Shown here: one piece after another, positions 14,597-28,260 of the stretch | Layout: each line of letters opens with the position of its first letter | Numbering within the stretch: position 1 is the first letter of the stretch | NCBI GenBank assembly: GCA_951406725.2 | Contig: OX597817.1 | Coordinates: forward strand, 101,432,001 to 101,496,000 | DNA length: 64,000 nt | Direction of reading: 5' to 3' | Source of the DNA: Octopus vulgaris | Taxonomy: Eukaryota | Notes under the pieces: model-generated | Databases searched by the model: none | What the model saw: the letters and a program-made list of their open reading frames with translations, nothing else | What the model was told of the DNA's origin: nothing | Translations under genes and position numbers: made by a program

Positions 14597-15079
14597 TTGT
14601 TTTGTCTTGGTATAAAAGATGGGCTACAGCAAATATTCTGCTCAATACCACAGATTTGCTTGTCAGTTGCTTGACCTTAACCAGTTGAGCATGTCCCTTA
14701 GTGGTTGACGATATGTGCATCTCTGATCACGAGCAGAAATAGTGGGGGAGCATCATAGCCATGTGTTGAGAGGGATTCTTTGGGGTTTGAATAATTCACC
14801 TCTGGAAACATGAGTGGTTCTTTCAACATCCTTAAACAACCCTTATTCAGGGACCTTTTGAGCGGGATGGGCTACTCAACCTGAAGAAAATTCTAACTGG
14901 GCCCCACCTGCAAGGTCATGTGCTGTTTATCTTGATATGAGATCACCATGTCACGCACATACGGTTGTGATGCATGTGCCTGGTGTACCCTTATCAGACG
15001 GGTAGTCATGATGGGTATATTGGGCTTCGTATATTTTACCCCAGTGCCACTTTGATGGCATGCACTGCTCTCTCACTCA
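14597..15079 (+). mobile_element. Unclassified ~480 bp non-coding segment bounded by (AAT)n; possibly the 3' UTR of another RLE retrotransposon
   Basis: Complex sequence between AAT runs, ending ...ctctctcactc-aataataat. Starts with a possible WYKR C-terminal remnant. Confidence 0.4.
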
Positions 15080-15089
15080 ATAATAATAA

Positions 15090-15935
15090 TACAGAAAAAA
15101 GAACATAAATTATCTGACTGACAGAAGGCGTTGCATGGTAGATTCCCAAAGATAGTTGCAACAAATAGTTGTAGTGAGACATGGTTATGGTTGAAGACAG
15201 GAAAGCTGAGAAGGGAGACAGAAAGTTTATTAGTAGCTGCAAAAGATCAAGCATTAAGGACTAATTAGATAAAAGCCAAGATAAACAAAAAGCAAGTAGA
15301 TTTCCAATGTACATTATACAAATCAAATGAAGAAAGCGTTACTCACATAGTAAGTGAATGTAGCATGCTGGCACAAAGAATACAAGAAAAGATATGACAA
15401 ACTAGGGAGAGTAATCCACTGGGAGCTATGTAGAAAGCTAGGATTTGAACATACTGATAAATGGTATGAACATGAACCTCGTAGTGTACTAGACAGTAAG
15501 AAATATAAGATGTTGTGGGACTTTAACATTCAGCCTGGCAGAGTAATAGAGGTTAGAAGGCCTGATTTGGCAGTAGCAGATAAAGAGAATAGAAAGTGCC
15601 AGATAATTGACTTCACTGTCCCAAATGAGGAAAACATTAGTATGAGAAGTATAGAAAAAATAGTATCTGAACCTAGCTATTGAATAAGAGTGACTATGGA
15701 AAGTGCAGGTAAAATGTATCCCAGTAGTTATAGGTGCATTGGGAACTATCCCTAAAGATCTGAACAGATGGATAGAGGAAATAGGCGTAAAACCCAGTTT
15801 AGTACAGCTGCAGAAAACAGTGTTATTAGGGACAGCTAGGATATTTAGGAGAGTTCTTGGCATCTAACTTTACTTGTTGTAGCCCGATGTTAGAATTTAT
15901 TCTTTTCCAACAGTCGAATCTGTTGAGTGTATATG
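15090..15935 (+). mobile_element. R4/Dong-type element, family D, degraded 3' fragment
   Basis: ETESLLVAAKDQALRTN; RYDKLGRVIHWELC; WDFNIQPGRVIEVRRPDL; VVIGALG. Ends in gataataataat. Confidence 0.8.
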
Positions 15936-17829
15936 ATAATAATAATGGTTTCAAATTTTGGCTCAAGGCCTGCAATTTTAATAATAATAATACAAAGAAG
16001 AAGAAGAAGAAGAAGAAGAAGAAGAAGAAGAAGAAGAAGAAGAAGAAGAAGAAGAAGAAGAAGAAACACTCATTTTATTATAACTGAACATACCATTGTC
16101 TCAAACCATTGGTATGGTAAGCAGAGTGGCCCAGAGGTTAAACACTGGAAGTGCATAAACGTCACAACACACCATTTTTCTCTCCCACGATGTCTTGTAT
16201 TTAAGTAAAAACTGCTTACAACAACAACTACAACAACAACAATTTTCTTACTGAGATAATAGTAGCTTTATTCATTAGTAGCTCATACAGATGACGGTCA
16301 TCAGAATTATCCATGTCAGAGAGCAAGCTAAGAATTCATAAATGTAAGTAACAACTTACTGTCGCAAACGATTTTTAGTGATAACTACCCAAGTTAGCAC
16401 ACGCTAACTTACAAAAGTTGTGAGAAGAAGAATTATATTATGATTACAGTTTTCAAATTTTAATTCATTATCTTGAATAAAAACGACTGAAATCAAATCT
16501 TTAAATTACTATTTCATTGAAAGATTTTAATGCCATCCACCCAAAATTTTTAAGAGATTACTATTTAGGAATGGCAGAAAAATTCCTCATTTGTAACATT
16601 TTGATATCTCGCAAAATGTTTGTATCATGAACATAACATTGAAGAAAACTTTTATCACGTCATTTTAACCTTCGTTCTAATTAAAACTGGTGTAAATAAA
16701 ATATCAATTCATAATGTGTTCGTTACAATGAAACGAACTGGTAGTTTCCAATAACCCAGATGGTTACATATGTGCTTTGAGTTCCTTGAAGTCAAATAGT
16801 TTAAACATTGATTTCAAATAAAAAAAAAATGTTTTAATTATGTAATTTTGTTAACTTCTGTAAGTGAAGCCCTGAAACTAGACTAAAGGCGGCTAAATCA
16901 TGAATTCCACAGCCCACTCATATGAATAAATAACAGCGTTATTGCAAATATTTTTCTTTCTATCAGCTATGATGAAGTTGCTGCGCAGTCCAAAAAGAAA
17001 AGACTTTCGTGGTCTCCATTTGAGAATATTTTCGAAGTTTTTCACCATGAAAGTAGAAAGTGAAGAGTAGTATCTGTGAAGAGTGGTATCAGCGTTGTAA
17101 GTAGATTACTAATGTACAATAGGAGGAGTATTAGGGAGTAACCGAATAAAAAATTTATATAATGTGAGTCAGAGACTGACTGGCCTGTCAACGTGTTCTA
17201 TGAGATGGAGGACTGATGAAAACTATAAGTGTGCAGACTTAACTAGATGGTTCTCGTTAGAGACGTGGTTATAGGAGGAAGCCTTCACGTGGTCTCTCCT
17301 ACTTCTAGAAGCAATAGTCAAATTTCCCTTAAAATTGAAGCCACATCTTTGAAAGTGGAAGGGCATATTTTCAGACATCGTTAAATATTAAATGCAATAT
17401 CATTTTACTGGCATTATCATGGATCTAGTACTATATGTGAGTGATACATGGAAACTAATCCACGTTAGATCTGGTTCTATTGATACTGTATTTATAGTCA
17501 CTAAAGGGCTATTAAAGTAGGGCGAGCAATTACTTGCCATACTTATCACGTGCTAGAATTGAATGCGATAAGTCAATAGCTGAAGAGGCAGAAGACTTGC
17601 TCAACTGGATTGAACACACTAAACCATGTTTACAAAGGTTAAAATGAATTATTATAGAGAGAGAACGGTAGAAGAGATTGACGAAGAAAGAGGCTAGCAT
17701 TAAAGTACACTGAGGATGCTAGAAATAGAAAGAACCTTATCAGGGCTGACGACCCTGCAGTGACCGGATGTATGTTCGTATTAGATGCTTATGTATACTT
17801 AGTAGTAAAATTCATGTTGTGATGGGGAG

Positions 17830-18850
17830 ATCACACTCTATATATAACTGAGGAGGATGCAGTGTTGGCAGAAAATATGGAAGCTTCCTCCGTGAGAGTA
17901 CTACTTACGGAGCCATTTTGTTTCGGGAGAAGTGGATTCAGTAATATTAGTAAAAATTCTCTTGAAAAAGGTCTAAAAGGAATGCCTGATGGAAGGGCTT
18001 TCAAGTTGTCAGCCTTGTACAACTTGGAGGTGTGGGTCTTGCACAATTTTGAGTAGCAGGTAAAAGTTACCCACGTTGTTTGATTGTACTGCTGTTACAC
18101 TGTGGGAAAACCATTTGGAAGGATCGTGGTTTTGAGCATGAAAAAGAATATGAATGGAGCATGTTTGAGGAGATAGTTTTAATTACCTACTTGAATTTCT
18201 TACGTTCTATAATATGTGTATAAGTGGCAGGTAGTCTTGATCAGATCAGGTACTGGTTGAGAAATAAGTTAGCTTCGAAAGAGTAAATAAGTTAGTAAAA
18301 TGCTGAGATTTACGGCAAAAGAGATCAAAAGTGGTTTCAAGGTGTTTGTGTCGGTTAGTGATTCGGATGATTAATGGTATTAACTGTCACAGAGTTCCAA
18401 ATAGCAAAACATTCGGTTTCTGTACCAACAGCGCCTACAAAGAGTGACCGAGAAAGACGAGTTGTGAACATTGAAGTAACAGAATTTAATGATTTCAAGG
18501 AGGCGGGTGATATAAAATAGATCTTTTCAATGTAGGTATTCAAATATTTTTGGTGGTTGAAGGAATATCAGAGAGGCAATAGAAACATGAATTTATAGAA
18601 CTGAGTAAAGGAGGCATTGAACCTGAGTAAAGAGATATCTTTCTACTGATATTCAGTTGAGAGAGATAGGTAAGGAAAAGTAGCTACGACATATATGTTG
18701 TAGTTATATCCATTTCTGGGGATATTTGAAGATATACAATAGTCTAGATAGCGTAGATAACCTAGACATATAGACTGCAAGATTTGCGTTTCTGAGGAAA
18801 TAGACGGTGTAGTTTATGCGTTAGCAATAAATTGAACCGATCTATTAGGA
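17830..18850 (-). mobile_element. Heavily degraded APE-type LINE fragment
   Basis: Weak endonuclease-like remnants (ILYHPPP near 18500-18525); no intact ORF. Confidence 0.3.
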
Positions 18851-18861
18851 TTTTGCTAGGT

Positions 18862-18863
18862 TA

Positions 18864-18911
<48 letters not shown>

Positions 18912-18918
18912 GTATTAG

Positions 18919-19002
<84 letters not shown>

Positions 19003-19365
19003 CATTATTATTATTATTACCAAGTTCCAAACTGAGCCACAGCAACAAAGTCCACACGCCACACTTCTCGGTCCATCATCACTGCCTCGAGGCCAGTGGT
19101 CTGCAATCTAGTTGTCGATGTGAATGTCACGACGTTTTCCTCTTCTTACATCATTATGAAGTGGGTTCCACGTGACAAATTATGATGCGTTCAGTTCAGA
19201 GTGGCGTACACAGTGACTAGATAGTCGCAGCCGTCTTTGTCTGACCTCCTCGTTAACTTTCAGCAGGTCTCCATAAAGGCATTCGTTTGTCATATGTTGC
19301 TGCCAATTCACATTAAGAACCATTCGTAGCATCCTTGTGTCGCATCCATTTTGCTTCAACTTCTC
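18862..19365 (-). mobile_element. RTE-type LINE 3' fragment with (TAA)n tail
   Basis: Minus strand QRRLRLSSHCVRHSEL...WNP...RRGKR and MMDREVWR, followed by a (TAA)n tail at 18862-19019. Confidence 0.65.
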
Positions 19366-19797
19366 TATGATGATGAGGAGGAGGATAAGGATGAAGGTGA
19401 TGGCGCCGGCTGCAGTGACGATAGTGGTGATTGTGGCTGTGGTGGAAGTGGTGAAAGCGGTGCAAGTGGTAGCGGGGTGATAAACTCATTCTCAAGCGAA
19501 GAATATTTCGTTCACTGGATTTAGAGTTATATCAGCTGACAAAAGTACGTAAAATTGTTTAAGTATTTCATATCCATAGACGTGGGAGTATCCTAGATTG
19601 GAGACAAGTTGTTATTGTCTCAATATCCGCCTTTCTAGATAAGAACAAATGTCAGTGACGCATACGTATTTACTACACAGGATTCAAATGTACAGGTTCT
19701 TATTTCCTGAATTAGCATATCCTTCTTTGGAGGAACTTGAACTTACTTTCGTCAATTTCCCCAAATAATTTGCTTTTACTGATAAACTACAACTGTT

Positions 19798-19809
19798 ATG
19801 CATACATAC

Positions 19810-19840
<31 letters not shown>

Positions 19841-19963
19841 CATACATACATACATACAGGCATGCATACATACATACATACATACATACATACATACATA
19901 CATACATACATACATACATACATACATACATACATACATACATACATACATACATACATACAT
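19798..19963. repeat. (CATA)n microsatellite
   Basis: Direct reading. Confidence 0.95.
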
Positions 19964-19965
19964 GC

Positions 19966-20097
19966 AGGCGTGGCTGTAATGTAAGAAGCCTGCTTCCCAA
20001 ACATGATTCCAGATTCAGTCCCACTGCGTTGCGTGGCACCTTGGGCAAGTGTCTTCCACTATAGCCTCGGGCCGAGCAAAGCCTTGTGAATGAATTT
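19966..20097 (+). mobile_element. tRNA-derived SINE family B, 5' part
   Basis: Matches the head of 29959-30354 (gtcccactgcg...gcaccttgggcaagtgtctt). Confidence 0.75.
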
Positions 20098-20099
20098 CT

Positions 20100-21650
20100 T
20101 TTCTAATTGCTCTCCGGTCTGCTTTGTGAAAATTGATGCCGTCGAATAGATGCAGTGGGGCGAGAATTACTGGTTTGGTTTTGGTATGCAGGAAACTAAG
20201 ATTACAAAGTGATCTGAGAGACGTTTTTCAACTGAAATGCTATGAATGGAGCTAGAGTTGTTTGTTAATATCAGGTCCAGATCTGGTGTAGTGCAGTTAA
20301 CTAACTTCAGAGTATTTCTAATCCAGTTTACGTAAAGGAGGTTAAAATCACCCATCATCAATATGTTTCTGGTATTGTATTTTTGAAGAAAGGACTCGAC
20401 TTTTTGAAACATTCTTGAAAGCACTTTAGAGAAACTTGGGAAGGGACTTTAGAGAAACTCTTCAAAGCACTTTAGAGAAACTTGTTGAATATGGATTCAC
20501 AGTAGCCATTGGATTTCTTGGCATCCATTGCATACAAATCATGGAGAAAAATGGTTGTTCCTTCTTTATTTCGGTCTGTGCAATCTGCACGGATGATGAA
20601 GAATTTTTTTTATTTCACCTCTGCAGTGTTGTTTAGGTGGCTTTCTGTGAGGATGAAGAAAAGGATATAGTTTGTCATTTCAGCAAGCCAACTTTTTATG
20701 CACGGAATCTTCCATTTTGGGGCATCAAGTGATGTGTTGATGCCACGTATATCAAGCAGGGATGTCGAAGCGAAGATTTTTTGTTTTGTATTGTGCTAAA
20801 TACCTTGTTTTATGTGTTTTGTTCTTCAGTGACAACACTGATGATAGTTTTTATACAGAGCTGTTCTAGTTGATGGTGGTGGGTTCCTAGAGGTTGGGAA
20901 ATACGACTGCTGATATCTCGTTGAATCTTCAGGCTTAGGATGGCCTTCATATTTTCCAGATAAGTTAGAAAAAACAATTTCCTCTTTGGTTAGTACTTTG
21001 ATGAGGTATTATCTTGTGCTTGTTTATTTTATTTGATGTTATGTTTTTTCTATAATTCCTTCTGATAGATGGGAGTCTTCGTTGGTCGGTGTTAGAAGGT
21101 GGAATGTGATTGTATTTTGTTTTCGTTGTACTTATCTGTTACTCTTTATTTTATATCTTTAGCGACAGAGAATTCTGCCGAAGTTTAGGATGGAAGAAAG
21201 CGCACCTGTCACCTTTTGTGCATTTTTATTTAGGGCCAGGGTTATGGACACTGCATTTGGAACAGTATTTGGGGTGAAGGTGGCGGTGGTGGTGGGGCAG
21301 TATTTTCCCATTATACCACATGGACAAGTGCCCTTAATAAGATACATATATGTTAACATATTTTCGGTTATATAAATTTGATTGGTATTTTATACCTTTT
21401 TCTGTACCTAAATACGCTGGCACAATAGAGACGATCTTCGATAATTATTAAAGATGTGATTTTTTTCCATTCTTGTTCTTGTCGTATATTCCAAATTTCT
21501 TAAAATCCTTTCAAACGTTATTTGAATTTACTTGTCATACACAAAGAATTACTTTGGTTGTTTATTTTACTTGTATTTATTGGTATCTGATTGTTGGATA
21601 TCGTTAACCACATTCGTTTAACATTGAGTGCTTTATAGATATCTGCCTGG
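20100..21650 (-). mobile_element. CR1-group (Zenon-like) LINE, 5' portion: CCCH-type zinc fingers + APE endonuclease remnant
   Basis: ORF 20167-20424 has MGDFN, LDLILTN, SDH. At ~21165-21350: GTCPCGIMGKYC / HPKYC / CTKGDRCAFFHPK. Confidence 0.7.
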
Positions 21651-21682
21651 ATATATTAATTCCTTTTTATTTGTTATTATTC

Positions 21683-21883
21683 GGGCAGAATCATTAGCTC
21701 GCCTGGCGAAATGATTAACGATATTTCGTCTGCCGCTACATTCTGAGTTCAAATTCCATCAAGGTTTACTTTGCCTTACATCCTTTTGAGATCGATACAT
21801 TAAGTACCAGTTGAGTGCTGGGGTCGATGTAATCGACTAGTCCCCTTCGCCCAAATTTGAGGCCTTGTGCTTCCAGTAGAAAG
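21683..21883 (+). mobile_element. tRNA-derived SINE family A
   Basis: ggcagaatcattagc...ctgagttcaaattcc (B-box-like)...aagtaccagttgagtgctggggtcgatgtaatcgact...ggccttgtgc. Confidence 0.8.
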
Positions 21884-21889
21884 TATTAT

Positions 21890-24561
21890 AGGCATTTGCA
21901 GTCATTTTCGTACGTTTGGCATTTAATTTGATAATCAAGTCATTCAAAGTCGCGAAAAAAATTAGCGCCATGAAGTTAGTCATTCAAATTCATTTTTCGA
22001 TCATTCAATTTCGCACTTCAGTCAAATAATTTACCATTTACATCATTAAAATTCACTTCGAGAGCATTGAAATTAGTCGGAATGCGGGGAAGCGTCTTTT
22101 CGAGCATTCAAATTCGTTTCGGAGTTCTTGGAGTATTTCTTGCATCTGGGACGTCTTCGGCCAACTTCATAGTTATCAATATCCTCAGTTAGAGCCCGTG
22201 AGATTTCAGACACGGAAACAAGTGGCCATCTGGGCAATGCTACCTCTAAGTTCCTCTTCATCTATTGAAAGGTTGCGAGTGGGTTGGCATGAATAATTAC
22301 CTGGATCCTGGATCGCATTTCCTCATCAACTTTAACGTGGTGGATGCCTCCTCTGGGAAAATTGTGGCGCCTCCCAGACCTTATGTTGGTCGCTACTGTG
22401 GGTCGAGCAGTACTCCTTTTTATGCCATGTGTATCTGCCAGTTGCAGGTAATCGGTTTGATGCCCCTTGAAGGCGTCAACCAGCATTGCCCTATCTTTGT
22501 CAGATATACGCATATACCTTACGCATGGCTCCATGATTAAAAGTTGGTGTAAGAGAAAAGTATCTAAAATGCAACTGATACCGACCGGTTATGAATGTTG
22601 GAATGAAAATGACTGACTTTTTTATTGCCCACACAGGGGCCAACACAGAGGGGACAACACAATTTGATTTTTGGTGTCAAGCGGGGCTAATGATAAAACC
22701 CTGAGGTGCTTTTAAAAGTTTACAAAATTTTAAAATCGAATGATGGACGAACAAAAAGACAAAACAAATGATGTGGTGAAAAGGGCTTTTGCTCCGACCC
22801 TACGAGCCCCGTGCAACCACCGATACTCGTAATAAGGCCCATGGCATATTCACGTGGTTTCTGTCACACTCAACACTCGTGTCACACGCATCCATCTGTC
22901 CTTGAATATTTTCTCCGACAGGCATCTCCTCTCTAGCCCTACTTTCCTTTTCAGGTGAGAAGCGAAATATCTCACCAGCCTGGGACCAGAGACGAAATTA
23001 CCTGTCACTAATCCTTACATTCGTGACTTCCATATCTCCTCTCTTGTGATTGCTACTACCAAGAGAAAACAATTCTTACCTTCTTTCGTTAGAAAAACAA
23101 GTGGGTCAATTTTTAGAATTCTTGTATCGGACAACAGATGTGCGTAAGCTCACACTTCTGACACCTCCGGACACTGGACAATAGCGTGCAGGATGGTTTC
23201 CCTCTCCTGCTTGCATCTTGAACAGGCCGATGGGCCGGGATGACCAGAAGTTATCTAGTGTCTTTCGGCCCGAATGTCCATTGGAACAGACTGACCTGTT
23301 GATTATCATCGAGACCCAGGATCTCCCCAAGGGTATCGTCACATCCAGACTCTACTAACTTACTATAAAAGGATGAGGTTGTACCAAAACCGCTGGCATT
23401 GCCCAAGCGACGGAACAGCAGGAGAGCCTTGCGACATTCCGTGTACCAAGTACACAACTTTGATCTTCGATGAAACCAGTTTTCCCGTCCACCAAAACTA
23501 ATGAACCTGGGAAACATCCGTTTCGCCAACGGAGACCACACCCGTTCACCACTCAGGAGGAGCCAAAGATTCCTCAACCTCAGCGCATGTTTGCACATCA
23601 ACAGCCAAGGCATCCCTAGTCCACCCTTTAACGGTTTTTCACAGCAGATAGAACGTCTGACAAGTGGAGTCGAGCTTTTCCACAAGAGGCGGAAGATCTG
23701 TCGTTCCAGCTTGCTCAACCACGAATCCGGACAAGGAACGACGGTTAGGCGGTAGATAATGACCGATGCGATAAACACAATGGCCACTTCCGACCTCCCT
23801 TTCAAGGATAGCTACAGCCAAGACCAGGTCTTGACTATGTGGGTCACCTTGTTCGAGACCTCAGCCCAGTTCTTTTCTACCTGTGAAGATCTGGACTAAA
23901 CTAGATCTCTAACAACTTAACTGGGCCCTCCATCCAACGTCACACGATGCTGTCCGAAAGCATCGACTTGCCTCTCCAGGTGGCGAGTTGCAAGCCGACC
24001 GATTTTTTCCGATTAATTTTTGCTCCTGTCACTGTCTCGTAAACCTTAATGGTTTCACCTACGCTCTGTAGGTATTCCATCTCAGTCACGATGATGGTGA
24101 TGTCATCCGCGTACGCCGAAACTGATCCTCCACAAACTAGCCCCCTCAGGATGTCACTCAACTTTCGCAGTAACGGCTCAAGAGTCATCAATACAAAAGT
24201 GGCGAGAGCGGACGTCCTTGGCGAACCGAACGTTTGATGCAGAACCGCTTTGAAAGAAAACCGTTCACCCGAACGATCGAGTCGATGTTATCATACAATA
24301 GAATGATCCACCTAAGGAAGCCAAGACCCAGTCCAAACAGACACCAGGTAATGATGGTCAACCCTATCGAACGCTTTAGCTTGGTCTAAATGGACCAGTG
24401 CCCCACCCTTGTCAGATTTACTATCAAACCAAAGTGAAAAATTCAATGATCAAAAAATGAATTTGAATAACTAACTTCAGAGGCTAATTTTTTTCGCGAC
24501 ATTGAATGACCCGATTATCAAATTGATAATGACAAACGTACGAAAATTACGGCAAAAACCT
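21890..24561 (-). mobile_element. Tc1/IS630-like DNA transposon, internally deleted, ~130 bp imperfect TIRs, interrupted by a Tx1-like LINE
   Basis: 21890-22020 is the reverse complement of 24431-24561; TA on both flanks. HTH-like transposase N-terminus in ORFs 22262-22534 and 22073-22261; no DDE core seen. Confidence 0.7.
22617..24425 (-). mobile_element. L1/Tx1-clade LINE, 5'-truncated and degraded
   Basis: LDQAKAFDRVDH (~24355-24390), SAYADDITI, GAKINRKKS, IFRLLW...GGLGMP. 3' end ...gtgggcaataaaaaaa. Confidence 0.8.
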
Positions 24562-24623
24562 ATATTAATATTATTATGAAGTATATATACATGTGTGTCT
24601 GTGCGCGCGCGAGTATGTGTGTA

Positions 24624-24917
24624 TGGTGTGGTTGTGTGATAAGAACAACCACATAATTTCAGGTTTGGTCCCACTACGTGGCACCTTGGGCAACTGTCTT
24701 CCACTATAATCTCGGACCGAACAAAGCCTTGTGAGTGGACTTGGCAGACGGAAAAAGAAAAAGGCCCGTCATGTGAGTGTGTTTTGGTGTCTGTGTTTGC
24801 CCCCGCCCCACCTATCACCGCTTGAAAACCAGTCCTGGGGTCGCTTTGTTTGACTAAAACCCTTCAAGGTGGTGCTCCATCATGGCCGCAGTCAAATGAT
24901 TGAAACTGGTAAAAGAA
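24624..24917 (+). mobile_element. SINE family B, internally deleted
   Basis: Head and tail match 29959-30354. Confidence 0.8.
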
Positions 24918-25209
24918 TATATATACAGAGAGAGAGAGAAAAAAAAAAAGAAAGAGAGAAAGTGGTAGATAGATAGTTCGAAAGTTAGATAGATATACAG
25001 ATAAATAAATAAATGGACTGACAGACAGACAGACCATGTTATCACCACTGGAGCCATGAACTTTTAAATCATACAGTGCTTATACCCATATTAAAATGAA
25101 TTTGTTCTTTGCAACAGAAAACAACAACACCAACAACAACAACAGCAGCAAGAACCACGAAGATGCTAGATGAAGCCAGTACTACTTTATAATGTAGTAA
25201 AGTATTAAA

Positions 25210-25500
25210 AGTGTGGCTCACGATCGTATGGTGATGAGTTCGATTTCCAGTGACGCCTTGAGTCCTGGAGCAAAGCACTTTATTCCATGTTGCTTCAGTC
25301 CACTCAGTTGTCAAAAATGTGTTGTATCTGTAATTGAAAGGGCCAGCCTTGTCCAGTTTTGTGTCACGCTGAACTTGAGAACTACGTTAAGGGTACGCGT
25401 GTCTGTGGAGTGCTCAGCCATTTGCACGTTAATTTCACGAGCAGGCTGTTCCTTTGATCGGATCAACTGGAACATTCATCGTAGTAACCGACGGAGAGCC
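25210..25500 (+). mobile_element. tRNA-derived SINE family C
   Basis: B-box gagttcgatttcc, then a core-like gagcaaagcactttattccatgttgcttcagtccactcag. A related degraded minus-strand piece lies at ~28980-29100. Confidence 0.55.
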
Positions 25501-26402
25501 AGAATAAAACCTGAAGGTACGGATAAGAAAGCCTTTCGTTTTATACACTAAGATTTTCGATGTAATGATAAAGTTGTTACAAATGGGAGGAATTATGTCA
25601 GATTTTGCTCATTAGCAGTAAGGATTAAAGGAAATTTAAGTGTAATTAATGTAAATACTGTAATTTAGATTTAAACTTGTTCAAAGAATGCTTACGGTTC
25701 CACTAATCTAGATCTTATTAATTATTTTCTTCACACGAATCTCAAATTTCAACAAGTTTTCATTTATAATTCAAATATTAACTTTTTACGTAACATATTA
25801 GAAAGTATACTTATGTGTTTGTTAATCTTGATTGACGGCTCCTTCGATGAGGGAGATGATGATGATGATGATGATAGGGTATTTATTGTTGTTCTTGTTG
25901 TTGTGGGGAGGGGGGTTGATGCTGATGATGATAATGCCGACGACGACAATGATAATGATGATCACGATGATACTTTCCTGAAACCAGAAATATTTCGCCA
26001 TTCTATATTTAAATTGCTTTTAGAGTTCTATTAACTCATGAACCTTTCCCAATATTTTATATTCATGGGATTGGTATGAACAGCTGCCTTAATCGTTTGT
26101 AACCTAGTTGCAAAAGCAACTTGTCTTTGTCTCAATATCCGCTTTTATGCACACACACACACATACACACACACACACGTACTACGTACGTATCTATGAA
26201 CGTATGTATGTATGTATGCATGTATGCAAGTATGTATGTATGCATATGCGTATGTATCTATGCATGTATGTATATGTATGTATGTATGTGCATGTGTGTG
26301 TATACAGTTATGTAAACAAATAAGAAAAAGTGCATTTTATTTATGTATTTGGAATATTCAATAAGTTGATACAGTTCCAATTTACTCAAAGTTTCAGAAG
26401 AC

Positions 26403-26471
<69 letters not shown>

Positions 26472-26477
26472 AAAATA

Positions 26478-27673
26478 CGAGTACTGGCTAAAAAGTAGAT
26501 AGGCTGACGAAGATGCCCTCATGGAATGAGATTTATTTTTCGATGTAGTCCCCCTTGCGGTCCATACACTTCCATCACTGTTGCAGCTCTTGAATCCTAT
26601 TCGTGAAGAAGGTTTCACCGTTTGTCGAAAAAGTCATGAACAGCAGATATGACATCATCATCATTGCCGTACTAGTCCCCAGCTACGGGGTTTTTCATGT
26701 TGGGAAACAAATGATAGTCAGATAGGGCCAACCAGTTCTAAGCTACAGTCACCCACAGTATCGATTGAAACCAAAAATGTGTGTGCTGGAGCATTATCTT
26801 GATGAATCAAGGCCCCTTTCATCGGTTTGCCTGGGCGTTTGGTCTTGATAGCCTTTCGTAACTGCCTCAGTAAGTTGACTCTTTTGAAGATAGTCAATAA
26901 GCACAATGTCTTTTGCATCCCCCCAAAACTGAGGCTATCACCTTCTCTGCAGATGAAACAACCTCTGCCTTATTTGGAAAAGGTGAGAAGGGATGCTTCT
27001 ACTGCATGAATTGTTTCTCTGTTTCAAAGTGATGAGCCTAACACTCATCCTGGCTTAGGAAACGTTCAAGGAAACCAACTGGATCTGCTCCAAGCAGTGT
27101 CTGATTTTCCCGTAATGTGATCAGCCGTGTGCACTTTTGATCAGGTGTCCGAAGACGTAGCACCCACTGAGAGTAACCTTTCCTAATGCTAAGTTCATTG
27201 CGCAGAATATTATCAACTCTCTTACAGTATATGCTAATAGCATTGGTTATTTGATTTATAGTCAATCGCATGTCATCCATCAGCATATGGTGAACTCGAT
27301 CATTGTTTTCCATGGTGGAGACAGTTGCTTGACATCCAGACCTCTCCCTCCCCCTCCCAAATTCAATTACATATTTTTGCACTATTGAAAAAGCTGACGC
27401 GTCACCCTCTAATGTTGCAATCATATCAGCATGTATGTCATTGGATACTAAAAACCTTTTTCTGCAGATACCTGATAACATCATGATGCCAAATTTTAAC
27501 AAGTTTCTTGGAAGATCGCTACTAGTTACATTTGAAGTCTTCTCTGGACAGTCAGATGTCAGTTTACTAGGAAAGAAACCTTGACTTTAATTAATAAGGT
27601 TTGATGTTTCACAGCTCTAGCATCACTCCTTCATATCAGCCTTTGAACTTGTCACCCCGCCCTCCTACACTCG
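26478..27673 (-). mobile_element. Mariner-like DNA transposon, full length but degraded
   Basis: ORFs 27038-27502 (HTH; WVLRLRTPDQK; QDE) and 26718-26918 (HQDNAPAH). Imperfect TIRs cgag...ggctga at both ends, flanked by TA. Confidence 0.8.
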
Positions 27674-27944
27674 TATATATATATATATACATTAAAGATG
27701 CAAAAATACTGGAGAATCAGTATAGACCACGTGACAAAATTATGAGTTGAAAATATGTGGGACCATATATATATATATAGGTTGAAAATATGTGGAAAAC
27801 ATAAAAAGTGGAAGAGAAATGCCTTCGTTTCACATAGCTTGATATCATTTTATAAAACGTTTTGTTTTTTATGTATATACATATTTTATGGATGTCGTGA
27901 ATCCAACCGGTTTTCACTATTTAAATTAGCTTTTCAGGGGACAT

Positions 27945-28260
27945 TGTAATCCGTGAAGAAACATCTACGAAAATGCCAGACCCGGGAATTCACAGTGCAC
28001 ATCAAGGCAACACAGACGAACAGGCGCAATCATAGAATCTCTGAGGTCATCCTCATACACGAAAAGAAACCTAAGATCAACAATAAAAGACAGTTACAGG
28101 AAATCTAGCTGGTTGCAATACTTTTCCGTGCATGTTCAGTCCACATACCCTGACACACACGCACATCGGTAACATTCGTCAATTTCTTGAAAATGGAGTC
28201 ATAACCCCGAAATATTGAATACAAGGTAAGTCTGCATTAATTCACAATTTGTCTTCTTGT
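27945..28260 (+). mobile_element. Penelope-like 3' remnant
   Basis: RISEVILIHEKKPKINNK resembles the GIY-YIG C-terminus. Downstream ttgaaaatggagtcataaccccgaaatatt is a degenerate hammerhead-like motif. Confidence 0.45.

Noticed and set aside
20418-20482. Three copies of actttagagaaact resembling a mini-CRISPR
   Set aside because: Short slippage duplication inside a LINE; spacers are ~8-9 bp, the context is eukaryotic, and there are no cas genes.
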